This document shows positions 11,781 to 23,722 of a stretch of 64,000 bases of DNA, piece by piece. The notes beneath the pieces are model-generated. The model saw only the letters and a program-made list of their open reading frames with translations, ran no database searches and was not told the origin of the DNA. The stretch is from Entomortierella parvispora E1425 (taxonomy: Eukaryota; Fungi; Mortierellomycota): assembly GCA_020891255.1 (NCBI GenBank), contig BQFW01000002.1, forward strand, positions 372,001-436,000. The letters are read 5' to 3'. The stretch's first letter is position 1; each line of letters opens with the position of its first letter. Made by a program: the position numbers and the translations under genes.

Positions 11781-13478
11781 ATGAGCTCTAGAAGTCGAAG
11801 CCGCACCCGTTCAGACGATTTCAACATGGATACCATTCAATCCGCCCCCGGTGCCGGTGCCCCTATCACTACCCAGCCCTCTGCCCGCAACCTGCAGACC
11901 TCCATGGCCCAGCAGTTCGGCTCTGATGATGGTGGCGACCATGGTACAAGTCCACACCTCTCTCCTTTCTCGCCTCTCTTTCTACTTTACCCGGTCTCAA
12001 GAAGACCCGTCTTGTCGACCCTGCAATTCGTTAACCGACTCCTATGATACCCTAACACTCTCCCACACTCTTTTCTCAACTCACCTACGTATCGTTTTCA
12101 CAGGCGCGTATGGAGCTGTCATGAACTCCCTCGGTTCATGTGTTGGTTTCTGCGGCAGCGTAAGTTTTTTTTTTTGTGAAGACCGTCGCTTGTTTGACCT
12201 GACTTGACTGGTCGAGGAACAAGGTTCTTGCAGACAATTCGCCCTAACGCTGCTGAGGGGGGTTTTTTTTTATTGTTTCTTTCGCGACTTTTAGATACCC
12301 CTCTGCTTCTGCTTCCCTAACCCGTAATGTTTGAATTAACAGTTTGTTGACAATGATGGCGAGTTGGTACTGCGTGCTTTCGTACTCACACGAAAGAGGA
12401 TCTCTTGTTAATAGATACAAGTCGGTCGCGCAGGGCTACGTGGGCCTGGTCTCGAAGTTTGGCAAATTCTACAAGATTGTGGGTATGTATCTTTCTCTAT
12501 CCCTCCTCCTCCCGTCTGTGTTTCTCTCTGCGGTGTGGGTGTCGATGTTGGACCCTGCACTGTCAGACTGAAATATCCAGGCCAAAGACTTGCTGGATGG
12601 CTGGTATCCTAATGCCTCTCGCCCTTGACTATTGCCCTGTAGATCCCGGTTTGACCAAGATTAACCCCATGACTGAGAAGTTGGTGAAGGTCGATATCAA
12701 GGTAATGAACATGTTCTCAATCCATCGCCAGAAAGTTGTTTTTTTCTTTTATTCCCTTGTACTTACGACCAATTTCATTTTTTTTTCCTAGATCCAATTG
12801 GCCGATATCCCTCAGCAGGTTATCATGACCAAAGACAATGTCAATGTGTCGATCGACTCTATTCTGTTTTTCCACATTGTCAACCCTCAGCAATCCGTTT
12901 TCGGTGTGTCCGATGTTCGATCTGCTCTTATTGAGAGGTGAGTGAGAAAGACAAATTCAGGCAGAACAAAGAAAAAAGCAAGAGAAAAAAAAACGACAAA
13001 ACTAACCCTACGCCCTTTCTACATTAGAACACAAACAACCCTCCGTCATATCTTGGGCATGCGTGTTCTTCAGGAGCTGATTGAGAACCGTGAGGCGATT
13101 GGTGAGGAGATCCAAGAGGTGATTGCGGGCCCCGCCCAAGCTTGGGGTGTCAAGGTCGAGTCTGTGCTCATCAAGGACATTTCCTTCTCCAAGGAACTGC
13201 AAGAGTCCCTGTCCTCGGCTGCTCAGGCCAAGCGTATCGCAGAGGCCAAGGTCATTGGCGCCCAGGCCGAGGTCGACAGTGCAAAGTTGATGCGTGCTGC
13301 CGCCGACATTTTGAACACGCCTGCAGCCATGCAGATCCGTTACTTGGAGACCATGACCAACATGTCCAGGGGAAGCAATACCCGTGTTATCTTCATGCCC
13401 ACACAGACCAACGGAACCGACGGTGGCATGAGCGCAGCTGTCCAGGCCAACCAGTGGCAGCAACTTGCTAACCAGTAA
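11781..13478 (+). CDS. Stomatin / SPFH (band 7) family protein, 7 exons
   Basis: Spliced peptide contains a Cys-rich hairpin (SLGSCVGFCGSIPLCFCFPNPY), V.QGYVGLVSKFGKFYK, IPQQVIMTKDNVNVSIDS, WGVKVESVLIKD, AKRIAEAKVIGAQAEV and AMQIRYLET. Confidence 0.9.
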
Positions 13479-14748
13479 AACACCTGAAGATGTTTGTCTT
13501 ACGACTATGTATGTAGCCTCAGTTCTTTAATAATATTATTTAGTTCACCACCTTGTTCTGTCCTTGAACGGGCTCTGGCCATGGGTGCCCAAAATGCAAG
13601 ATCACGTGAAATGTATAGTCGGAATCGCAAGTGCTGCAATTGACAGGCCGCTGCCATATAAAATTTTTCGCTTGGTTTGTTTTGATAGATCTCCCTCTTT
13701 CTCCCCCTCCTTCCCCCACCCTTCCTCATTCACCTGATCAGCTCTTGCTCTCATTCCTCAACTGAGTTTGCACTTCAAGTGTCCAAGAAGGCGATCGATG
13801 AATTGTTTCTTGAATCGACGACGGCTCTCTTGACCAGTGAGCTCGAGTTTCAATTGACAGTTCTTGGTCGGCGACTTTTGACCTTGACGCGCAAACGGGG
13901 TAGTTTGTGCAAAGGGTGGCAGTCAGGCGAGGCAAGGGCCATCCTACTCTATATACCCACAAGGTAACGATCAGCTCTTTGAATTTTTTTTCTTTCTTTT
14001 TGATACACCTTTCCAACCTTCCCTTTCCTTTCACGAAGAGAACACAAAGAATTCTTCTGCTGATGATGTTTCGATATTTCACGTCTAAACAATAATGTTG
14101 ATTTAACATCGTGCCTTCCTTGATCTGAAGCAATCAATTCTTTCCTCTATTCTTTTTGACGGATCCTTCCCTTTTATGAAAGTATTACATGAAAGCAAAA
14201 AAAAGTGAACTTGACAATTAACGAAACTTCCGTTTCTTTTTTCCCCCTTGTTCTCAGATATTATCATTATCAACCCGATCATGTCTTGGCCGGCCAAGGA
14301 TTTTGAATCATGAAGAAGGTAATACAGATACCTTGTCAACCTTTTTCAATAAATGGATTATACAAAACAATCTCCATCCACCCCTGCCACTGATGATACG
14401 CGATTCTGCAATTCTTACTCCAATGTTGGGGAAGGATGACAAAAAAATCACATACACATTTTCTTCTGAGGCACCCCTCTTTCCTTCTCACTCTCTTGGA
14501 TCCATTGAGAAAAGAATGCAATTGCCGAGAAAACAAAAGAAACTGACTTTGTTTTCTGCTTTGTGCTGTTAGGTATTGTCATTTGAAATGTCCATTGTTT
14601 TTCATAAATAAAAAAAAAGTATTGCTCCTTCAAACAGTTTCTGCCGATATTGAATTGTGAGAGTTCATGGTTTGAGAGAAGTGCGTGTTTTGAGTTATCA
14701 GTTATGGTACAGAATATGAAGTAAGATTGCCTATATGAAAGAATGTCG

Positions 14749-16581
14749 CTACAGATTGGATGCCTTCGAGTCTCGATGACCGTCCCAAAAGATCATAATC
14801 TCCTCGCCATCGCCTCGAGTCGACGATCGAGAGTCCGAGGCTGTAGAGAATGTAGAATCCCGCATTCCCGTCGAGCTGCCAGACGTCCAGGGCCGCAAGT
14901 TGGCGCTCATCATATCCGATATGGGTGAAGATATGAGATCGTCTCCTGCGAGTGAAATAGCCATGGATGTAAAGACCGGTTCGGTAGCTCCTCCGACCAT
15001 GGTCGAAGATGTAGAATATTCAGAAGCCGAAAGGAAAGGGTTGGAAGATCGATTGCTGGTGGTGGACTTTGGCGTTGATGAGGGTTCAAACGAGATTAGC
15101 TCTTCCTCAGTCATGAAGGGATTGTCATGTTCCTTGTCTGTCTTTGACTGTCGCCTGGTGGTCGCAACATGCCTTGCGGTCGTTTCTCTGTCACTTGCAC
15201 TACCATTGTCCTGTTCCGAGTCCGATGCAGAATTGCTCTCTCCAAGGGGTGAGCGAACCCTCTGTCGGGTCTTTCCACCTGCAGAAGCCGCCTCCAGTCG
15301 CCGTTGTGACTTTGACCGTTTGATAGAATTGGAGCTGTGAAGGGTGTTGGACCGTTGAATGAGGTCTGACTTTGTTTGTTTGAGGTTGTTGAGTTTCATG
15401 ACCTGAGCAGTCGCCTTGGTAGTAACGCCCATGACCACAGCCTCATCCAAGATAGCAGAGTCGTGCTTTTTACGGTCTTCATCCTGTAGATTCGAAAACG
15501 GCGATTTTGAAGCTGTGACAATAGGATTACGGTTAGCATTCATTCGTACATTTTCAAAGATGCGTAATGATGAGACTAAAACTGCTGAACTTGCCTTCTT
15601 GACGAGGCGAGGACTCTGCAATGTTCAAGGAGTGCTCGCTGATCATACTTGGAATGTAGGCAATGCGGATAACGTCCTTGTGTCCCTCCAGTTCGCTTCC
15701 AGTGGACTAGCGGCAGCAATTAATGAAAAAAAAAAAAAAGTAAAACGGTCAGTCAGCAGGTCCCAGACCGAAAACTGAATGAATGGCTGTGTTTCCCAGA
15801 AACGCGACTCTGGCAATCCCCAAGTTTCCCCTGAAATTAAAAAATCGTAAAGTCCGTTCACGAAGGTCGTAGACAGTCAATCTGCTTGCTCCACTTTCTC
15901 CTGTTGCATGGCTATGTTCTCCTCGGACCCGATGCAGTCGCACACCCCGCCAAAAAAGAGACTTTTTGGACCAAGGCCAAGGCGAGCAGCAGCAACGGGG
16001 TATATTTTTAGCGCCATCAATTTCAACACAAATTTCGTCCGTTGGATTGGTTCAGGGCAAACAGTGCGAGAGTTGCGAGCAAAAAGGGCCCGTTCTGTTT
16101 ATGCAATGTCCAAGCGTCCCCAGGGCGTCGACCAAGCATCCAATGTGGTCGAGTCTGCCTTGTAATTCCTGCAGTGTGGTGTCGGTGAGCTTACCCCATG
16201 CCACCGCTTGGAGAACGACTCTAGGTAATCATCCTGGTCCAACATCACGCTTGAGCTGTGGAACATTCGAAGTCGTTGTCTCCGTCGGCGTCGAATGATA
16301 AAGATGACGAGGGCGCCAATGACTACCAATCCTACTATGCCACCGACGATAGGGCCGACAATGGACTTTGAGGACGAAGTCGTTGGGTCTGTGCCATTGC
16401 CAGCAGCTGGGTCGGCATCCTGTTTGATACAACTGGAGACAGGGCATTGACCAAGACCGCTAATGACGGTCTGCATGCACATGTAGCCGGATGCACAGGC
16501 AGGGGCGCATGTGTGAGAGCTGGGTGGACAAGTTGCAGGCGAAGCCTGAGCTGGTGCAGGTGAGGGTGAGGGTGAGGCCAT
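14749..16581 (-). CDS. Opy2-like single-pass membrane anchor, about 402 aa, 3 exons
   Basis: Exons 16581-16195, 15706-15649 and 15512-14749 join in frame; the last acceptor has a GCTAAC branch site. N-terminal Cys cluster CPPSSHTCAPACASGYMCM..QCPVSSC, TM IVGPIVGGIVGLVVIGALVIFII plus RRRRRQR, cytosolic VIRIAYIP motif and Ser-rich tail match the Opy2 architecture. Confidence 0.65.
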
Positions 16582-16920
16582 TGTTGGTTATATGACTTTG
16601 GAAGGGGTCGTTACAAAAAGAGGGGCGGGAAGGCAGTAGGAGATGGGGAGAAGGAGAGGGAGGAGGGAAGTATGGAATATGGGCCTAGGAATGGGTCATT
16701 CAGGGACGACAGAGAATGAGGGGCGGAATGGAGGGAGGGAGAAAGAGAGGGAGGGGGTTGAATGTCGCAACTGAATTGAATTGAATTGAATGCAAAGAGA
16801 AGAGAAGCAGAGAGACAGAGAGGAGAGAGCAAATTAAGGCACACAGCACATGGCAAAGACTAGACCGGGGCTGGGACTGGAGCGTAAAGTGCAGTGGCAC
16901 ATGGAAAGAGTGACCCGCGC

Positions 16921-16983
16921 ACTGTCGGTCTGTCTGTTCTGACTGTTCTGTCTGTCTGTTCTGTCTGTCTGTCTGTCTGTCTG
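16921..16983. repeat. Imperfect (TCTG)n microsatellite upstream of the Opy2-like gene
   Basis: Run of tgtctgtctgtt/ctgtctgtct units read directly from the sequence. Confidence 0.9.
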
Positions 16984-17521
16984 AATACGCTGTCTGTCTC
17001 CTTGTCTTCGCAATGCAATGCACCATATTGCTTCGCCAGCCAGCCAGTCAGCAAGTCGGTCGGTTGGCAAGAGAGAAAGACAGGGCAAGGAGGGGGAGCA
17101 GGGGACAAGACGGCATCTCTCCATAGAGGAACGAGGAACAAGGAACGAGGGCAGGATGCACTGCAACCACCACCACCACCACCACCACTAAGGAGTCTTC
17201 CATTCTACCAGTCTTGCAGTCCTTCTACCAGTCGACTCCTTTATTGTGATTTATTCCCCTTCCAGGACGACGATGATGTGGACTGGGCCGACTGTGCGCG
17301 TCTCCCGATCGATGGTCTTCCCTCTTGTCTCTTGGCATCACAAACAATGGCTCCAGTCCGTTTTCCACGTAGCCGTTTCTTTTATTCCTTTTTTCTTCTC
17401 TCCCAACTTTGCCTCTTTTGCTTCCTTCCTTCCTCCCGTCCCCTTTCTTTTCTTTTCTTTCAACTCTTTGCTCTTTCCTTGACTGACTACCACACCTTTT
17501 TCATTCCATCTCCCCTGCTTC

Positions 17522-20254
17522 ATGATATTTGAGCAGCCAGACCAATGGTCCACCTCTTCAGGGGACGAGTCTGATTCTGAAGAACCACTCCAGTACGACT
17601 CGGATGATCTTCTGCATTACTCTTCCGACTCGGATCTCGCCTCACTCTCTGGTCTCGACTCTGAGACCACCTCTTTATCTGCTTCCTATCCAGCCTCGCC
17701 TTCTCAGTATCAGCAAGAGGACAGCAACGATGACGACGATGACAAACCAGTGAGCCTATTCTGGGAAGAGTCAACCCTCTCTCTGTCTTCATTGTCTTCC
17801 ATGCCTAGGTCTGCGCCTGTGTCACTTGCCTCCCCTCAAGAGATCCCAACGGTAACGCAAGGCTCGATTCCGCAGAACCATTGTGTTCACGTCAAGGACG
17901 ATCGCAGCAAGACTGACGACAACGACGCCAAGGTTGAATACAGTGAAGCTCAGGAGCCTGAAACCTTTACCGCAGTAGAGGCCATGGAGATCAAGGATGG
18001 TCCTGATCTTCCCGAAAAGCCCGAGCCCGCAAGGTCCGACCGCACGCGTGATCAGGAAACAAAACATGAGCCTGTTGCTAAGACTGAAGCTGTTGAAGCG
18101 GATAAAGAAGAGCATCAGACTACTCTCCAGCGCAGGCCATCAGAGTCGGTGCCTCGAACTGTCCAACTTTACAACGCCGACAGGGATGCGGCATTTGACT
18201 CGTTCTCAGCAAACAATGCGGATTGTCCACAGGAGATCCAAGCTTCCGCCTCGATTGATGGGTCTGCAATTCAAAACGCGCCTGTTGTCAGCGTGATGAT
18301 AACAGGAGCCATTTTGACCTCAGACGAGCGAACCCAGGTCCAGGATCAGGTCTCAAGGAACTTCAGGGTCCATCACGGAGAGGCCATCGATTTGGATATT
18401 CGATTCACTCACATGGACACCCCCTTGCCTGCGGAAGAAAACGAAAGACTCAAAGAGTTTGACCTCTTTGTGTACTTGCTGCCGACCGCAGGCGTCCATT
18501 GGCGCGATGCTCGTACCATCATCCAACTCGCCCTGGTCGCACCCCTTGTCGTTGTCTCGGGACCAGATGTGGACCCAGTTACATTTGGCGACATGAAATG
18601 GGAGTTGATGCAAGAGCTTCACGCTGCCCGATCCGTTGCCATTGAAGACGATGGAAAGCTTGTGCGAAGCATCACATCCTCCTTGATAACCCGCAAAGAC
18701 TTGGATTCATTGTCTATTCAGGGAATCATTTCTCGACAATCGACCATTCGTGCCTCGACGCCAACCGACGCTGATGTTGTGTCATCAGCACTGGCTTATC
18801 TCCACACCCGGTGGCAAGGACTAGCAGAGCTGTACCCCTACACGGCAATGTCCTATATTCTAGCCGTCGTCCTCTTGGCGTGTTTGACAGCGTTTCTGAC
18901 CCAAGGTGACCACCAGTCGTTGATATCACAGCCAGCCCATGCGAGGGTACAGCCGCTACAGTTTGCTCAGAATGGACGCGTTGGAATTGCTCGTGTCGAC
19001 TATTATACTCCACAAGGATCAACTTTTAAACCCAAGCATCCATACCCGCTGCAAGTGAGAGTTTTGGGAGCTCCACAAGTGGGGCCTTTCCGGGGATCAA
19101 AAATGCAAGATCTTCCCGATGTCGCAGAACCCATTGTTCAGGATCTTATGAACGGAACCAGCAAAGTCTACATTACCTCCTTGCGAAAACGCCGTCGCCG
19201 TTATCAAGACCCCAACACGTTGTTGTCTGTCCATTGGGCCTGCGTGGAGCCAACTCGCTACTTTTTGCACATGTGGTTCGAAAATGGAACGCAAGTATCC
19301 GACACGCCACTTGAGTTGATCTGGCCCAAGAATCGCAAGGCAGCTATCGCAGCAGAGACAGCTTCCGAAAAGATGTCAGACGAGACGGAAATGGACTGGG
19401 AAGACGACGATGACGATTTATTCAAAGGACTTCTTTCAGGACCGCTATCATATGCATTGTCGGATGAGACACGCGTGTGGCTTGAGGCGCTGGTTCCCCG
19501 ACTTCGCCCAGTCTTTTGTGATACCCATGCGGCTGTTCAGTGGGCGATTATTCGATCGATGCAATCTGCAAAGTCGTTTCTGAGCGTGGTTTCCGTGTAC
19601 TTTGATTACATGTTTGGAACAAAGGACTTTATCCCATCCAAGGTTGCCATTTTACAACAAAAGGCAATACATCTTTTTCAGCGAGCGGAGAGCGTTGCTA
19701 CTACCAAAATCTCAAGTTGGATAGAGCGCCTGAAGGTGAGAAAGATGTCAAAAGAGAGAAAGGATGTTGCTATCAATTTGGAGCGAAAGATTCAATCGGT
19801 CGTTGAATATGTCAAGGTCGACTTGCGAGCACGACTCTCGACCAAAACCGCCGAGCCTTTCTTGGAAAAGGTCGACAAGGTCCTTTCCGATCTCCCGAAT
19901 CAATTTGATCCGTTCCTGGACAGGGCCGACAAGGCGTTTTCAGAACTTGAAAACCGGCTGGATGATCTGCTCCGATCGAAGCGGGTTCAGGAGATGACAA
20001 AGAACTTTCAAAAGGATAAAATCCTAGAGCGAGCGGATCGCGTCTTGGCCAAGGCAGAGTGCAGGATGGAGAAGGCAATGAAATCTAAATTTGTTCAACG
20101 GGCGCAACGAAGGGTGCAGGACAAGGTTGAACATCTCAAAAGGACAGCCGAGGGTGAGCTGTGGATGCGACGGTGGGAATCATGGATGGGAGGGGTTCAG
20201 AGCTGCTCCAAGAAGAACTCGAAAGGCCACAGCTGCGGCAGTCATCGGCGTTGA
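17522..20254 (+). CDS. Uncharacterised 910-aa membrane protein (acidic disordered N-terminus, alpha/beta domain, one TM helix, helical C-terminus)
   Basis: Single 2733-nt ORF. Hydrophobic stretch AMSYILAVVLLACLTAFL; two NGT sequons downstream of it; amphipathic/coiled-coil C-terminal third. Confidence 0.75.
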   Translation: MIFEQPDQWSTSSGDESDSEEPLQYDSDDLLHYSSDSDLASLSGLDSETTSLSASYPASPSQYQQEDSNDDDDDKPVSLFWEESTLSLSSLSSMPRSAPVSLASPQEIPTVTQGSIPQNHCVHVKDDRSKTDDNDAKVEYSEAQEPETFTAVEAMEIKDGPDLPEKPEPARSDRTRDQETKHEPVAKTEAVEADKEEHQTTLQRRPSESVPRTVQLYNADRDAAFDSFSANNADCPQEIQASASIDGSAIQNAPVVSVMITGAILTSDERTQVQDQVSRNFRVHHGEAIDLDIRFTHMDTPLPAEENERLKEFDLFVYLLPTAGVHWRDARTIIQLALVAPLVVVSGPDVDPVTFGDMKWELMQELHAARSVAIEDDGKLVRSITSSLITRKDLDSLSIQGIISRQSTIRASTPTDADVVSSALAYLHTRWQGLAELYPYTAMSYILAVVLLACLTAFLTQGDHQSLISQPAHARVQPLQFAQNGRVGIARVDYYTPQGSTFKPKHPYPLQVRVLGAPQVGPFRGSKMQDLPDVAEPIVQDLMNGTSKVYITSLRKRRRRYQDPNTLLSVHWACVEPTRYFLHMWFENGTQVSDTPLELIWPKNRKAAIAAETASEKMSDETEMDWEDDDDDLFKGLLSGPLSYALSDETRVWLEALVPRLRPVFCDTHAAVQWAIIRSMQSAKSFLSVVSVYFDYMFGTKDFIPSKVAILQQKAIHLFQRAESVATTKISSWIERLKVRKMSKERKDVAINLERKIQSVVEYVKVDLRARLSTKTAEPFLEKVDKVLSDLPNQFDPFLDRADKAFSELENRLDDLLRSKRVQEMTKNFQKDKILERADRVLAKAECRMEKAMKSKFVQRAQRRVQDKVEHLKRTAEGELWMRRWESWMGGVQSCSKKNSKGHSCGSHRR

Positions 20255-20394
20255 AAACGCGGTGACTGCATGGCCTTTATTTTGTTCTGACTAAAGGGGT
20301 GAACAGCCCGCTTCGACTCATACAAAGAAAAAAAAAATGAAACGCAAACTGAACTATGGTACAACAAAGAAGGGTAAAGTACATGTGGGCGAAG

Positions 20395-21029
20395 CTAGAG
20401 TGCACCTTGGAATATTGTATGGCCAAACTCGTCATCTAGCGGTATGGCTTCACGCCTATGTCTGGACGATTGTCCTGATGTGGGATCCATTGCTCGAGCA
20501 GCTGAGGCTCCGCCAGAAGCACCAGGGGTCCAGGCGGAACCTGTCGTCCTACCTGCGTTGGTGTGAGCAGATCCCGAGGCACCTTCTGGCTCCTTGTGCT
20601 TGCGCTTTGCTGGTGCGTGGTCGTGCGGTGGTTGGGGTTGCCCTGTGAGGTGCCTGAGAACATGTCAAAAGAGGTCGAGTTAACACACAAAGGCGGTTGG
20701 AATAAAAAAGCAAAATCCCTTGGAGTCAGCTGCAGGATAGAATACCTGAACGATCGCAGCCTTGCTTTGGTAGGTGTCTATGGGGGTAGTTCAGGAGGTC
20801 AGCTTCGAGTGATGGTGTCGCGCAAGTCGCGATTCTAGGCAGACTGACTGTCCTGCATTACCTCATTCATGGTGAGGGCATTGAGCAGAAGCAGAGAATG
20901 GTCGCAAAGTACATTGGCGGTTCTCTGCTTGAGCTCCTTCTCCACAGCGCTCTCCTGGTAAACTGGTCGCGGGGTTTCGACTGGAGGCCTCCTGGGAAGT
21001 TGCTGCGGCCTGGTGTTGCTGTTACTCAT
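20395..21029 (-). CDS. Small hypothetical protein, about 152 aa, 3 exons
   Basis: Exons 21029-20862, 20777-20746 and 20653-20395 have canonical GT-AG ends and total 459 nt in frame: MSNSNTRP...DHSLLLLNALTMNE-TPTKARLRSFR-HLTGQ...FQGAL*. This model is not visible in the ORF track. Confidence 0.55.
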
Positions 21030-21138
21030 GGCTTTTTTCTGTGTCTTTCCTGCTGACTCGCGTCCGTCCGAGGTTGCCTGCGGTCCAGAAGTGATTTATT
21101 CAAGAAAAACTGGAAGCAGTGGATTTCAAAAAACGCAG

Positions 21139-21158
21139 TGAGTCAAATAACACGTGAC
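21139..21158 (+). promoter_or_regulatory. TGAGTCA plus CACGTGAC motifs in the 252-bp divergent promoter of the Asn-tRNA ligase gene
   Basis: TGAGTCA at 21139-21145 and E-box CACGTGAC at 21151-21158, about 125-140 bp before ATG 21282. Confidence 0.35.
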
Positions 21159-21281
21159 CGCAGGCGAGACAACAATAAAAGGGGACGAATGGGCAAATCA
21201 AACATCCTCAATCGAGTCTCGACGTCTTTTTCTTTTCTTTCTTTCATCCAACTTTCTTCTACACATACATCCCTCATCGCC

Positions 21282-23579
21282 ATGGCTGATACCCTGCCCG
21301 TCGACTCTCTTTCTATTGCCGCTGGTAATAAGTCTATCCCCATTCTTTTTGCATTCACGCACTCGGAACAACACACAGGATACCAACTCAAAACTCGTGG
21401 ATGTTTGTCTTCTGGACAACTTGTGGCTCGCTCAGTCCTTTCTTTGGCAAGGGGAGCATGCACATACCATGGCACCCTATAGCATCCTTGCTGTTCAACC
21501 TCATTACCAACAGAACTCTAAACACCTTTCCTGGCAAGGACAATGGACAGGCATTCTACCCTATCTAAAATCCAACAGCAGATCACGGCCTAACGAATCG
21601 AAAAAATTGTATTCCCTCTCTTGATCAACAATAGTCGTCGCCCACGTTGACGAGACCAAGGGCTCGGACGATACTGGAAACGGCTCCGTCGAGGCCCCAT
21701 ACCAGAGCGCCGTCAAGGCTCTTCAGGCCCATGGCAACAACGTCAGCATCCAGGTCTGGAAGGTCGCTGCCGCTGATTCGGGAGAGACCTCTGGATATGC
21801 TGCCATCTCTGGCGCTGCCTTGAAGAAGGCCGTCAAGAAGGCTGCCGAGTTGGAGAAGAAGGCCAAGAAGGTTGCTGAGCAGGCTGCTGAGCAGGCCGCC
21901 AAGGATCAGGCTGCCGCTGAGGAGCGTGAGCGTGTCTTGGAGGCTGCCAAGAAGGTCATCTTGGTTGAGGATCCCTCCTTGCCCACTGCTGCCCGCATCA
22001 AGATTAGAGACAGTGTTGCCAACCGCGGCAAGCGTGTCCGTATTTCTGGATGGGTCCATCGTCTCCGTGTTCAGGGAAAGAACATGCAGTTTGTCATCTT
22101 GAGAGACGGAACTGGTTTCCTCCAGTGCGTTCTCAACAACGAGTTGGTAAGGCCATCTTGAAGGATGGAGGCATTGGAATGGTTGGTCTTTTTATGGTGT
22201 ATACTTACTGTCCGATCTCCTTTTCAATATGTAGTGCCAAACCTATGACTCCCTTACCCTCACCTTGGAGTCCACCATCACCGTCTATGGTGTTATCAAC
22301 GAGCTCCCCGAGGGCAAGACTGTATGTGGGATCATCATGGAACATTTTTGCTTGGAAACAGGAACGGATTGACCAATGCTTTGATACTTTATCTACTTTT
22401 AGGCCCCCGATAACCACGAGTTGACTGTTGACTACTGGGAGTGCATTGGAAAGGCCCCCGGTGGTGAGGAGGCCATGTCCAACAAGGTCAACGAGAACTC
22501 TGATCCCTCGGTCAAGTACGATCTCCGTCATTTGGTCTTGCGTGAGGAGAAGGCTGCTGGAATTTTGAAGGTTCGCTCCCAGGTCATGAAGGCTTTCCGC
22601 GATCACTTTGATAACCGCGGATTCACTGAGGTCACTCCCCCCGCCATGGTCCAGACCTCTGTTGAGGGTGGATCTACTTTGTTCGAGTTGAACTACTACA
22701 ACGAGAAGGTACGCAACCAATGATACCAGATTCCCAGATTGGGTGATTGCAATGTGGACGACGCCGAAACTAGACGCGTTTTCTTTTTATTTTTGAATCC
22801 CATTTTAGGCCTACTTGACCCAGTCTTCCCAGCTTTACTTGGAGACTTGCCTTCCTTCCCTGGGAGATGTTTACTGCTTGGCCGAGTCTTTCCGTGCCGA
22901 GAAGTCCCACACCCGCCGTCACTTGTCCGAGTACACTCACTGCGAGGCCGAGATGGCCTTCATCAACTTTGACGACTTGTTGGCTGGTTTGGAGGAGATG
23001 GTTTGCGATGTTATTGACCGCACCTTGGCACACAAGCCCTCTGCCGATATTATCTACAAGCTCAACCCCGACTTTAAGAAGCCTGAGCGCCCCTTCTTGC
23101 GCATGGACTATGCCGATGCTATCCAGTACCTGAAGGACAACGATATCAAGAAGGAGGATGGTACTTTCTACGAGTTTGGTGAGGATATTCCCGAGGCTCC
23201 CGAGCGTGCCATGACCGACAAGATCAACCGCCCCATCTTCTTGTGCCGTTTCCCTGCCGAGATCAAGTCGTTCTACATGAAGCGTTGCCCCGAGAACCGC
23301 GCCTTGACCGAGTCTGTGGATGTTCTCATGCCTGGTGTCGGAGAGATCGTCGGAGGATCCATGCGTATTTCTGATTTGGAGGAGTTGATGGCTGCCTACG
23401 TCCGTGAGGGTCTTGACCCCGAGCCTTACTACTGGTTCACTGAGCAGCGCAAGTACGGAACCTCTGAGCACGGTGGATTCGGTCTCGGAGTCGAGCGTTA
23501 CATTGCCTGGTTGTTGAACCTTCACACTGTCCGTGATGCTTGCTTGTACCCAAGATTCACTGGCCGTGCCTTCCCTTAA
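21282..23579 (+). CDS. DED81: Asparagine--tRNA ligase, cytoplasmic
   Basis: OB-fold motif [32 protein letters not shown], motif 2 region [27 protein letters not shown], motif 3 [14 protein letters not shown] and C-terminal LYPRF. First exon starts at ATG 21282 (MADTLPV); several GT-AG introns. Confidence 0.95.
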
Positions 23580-23722
23580 ACTAAAGATGATGTGATGAGT
23601 TGTCTGGAATGAGTTCCGCGTCCAAGATCCAATTAAAGACTACAGTATAATAAACCATTTTGCTTTTTTTTTTTTTTTTGAGGTTGTAGTGTACAATGTG
23701 TTTTATTATGTGCCTTGGCTCT

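Noticed and set aside
13738-14133. Short ORFs in the convergent stomatin/Opy2 spacer
   Set aside because: No splice-consistent model or motif, and the surroundings are AT-rich 3' UTR-like sequence.
15600-15660. Apparent frameshift between IRIAYIP and the 290-aa ORF
   Set aside because: It is resolved by a canonical intron at 15648-15513 (GTATG...GCTAAC...ACAG), so a pseudogene call is unnecessary.
22770-23525. 251-aa antisense ORF over the Asn-tRNA ligase, and similar antisense ORFs over the stomatin, peptidase and PMT1 genes
   Set aside because: Each fully overlaps a well-supported gene; this is the usual by-product of C/G-ending codon bias.
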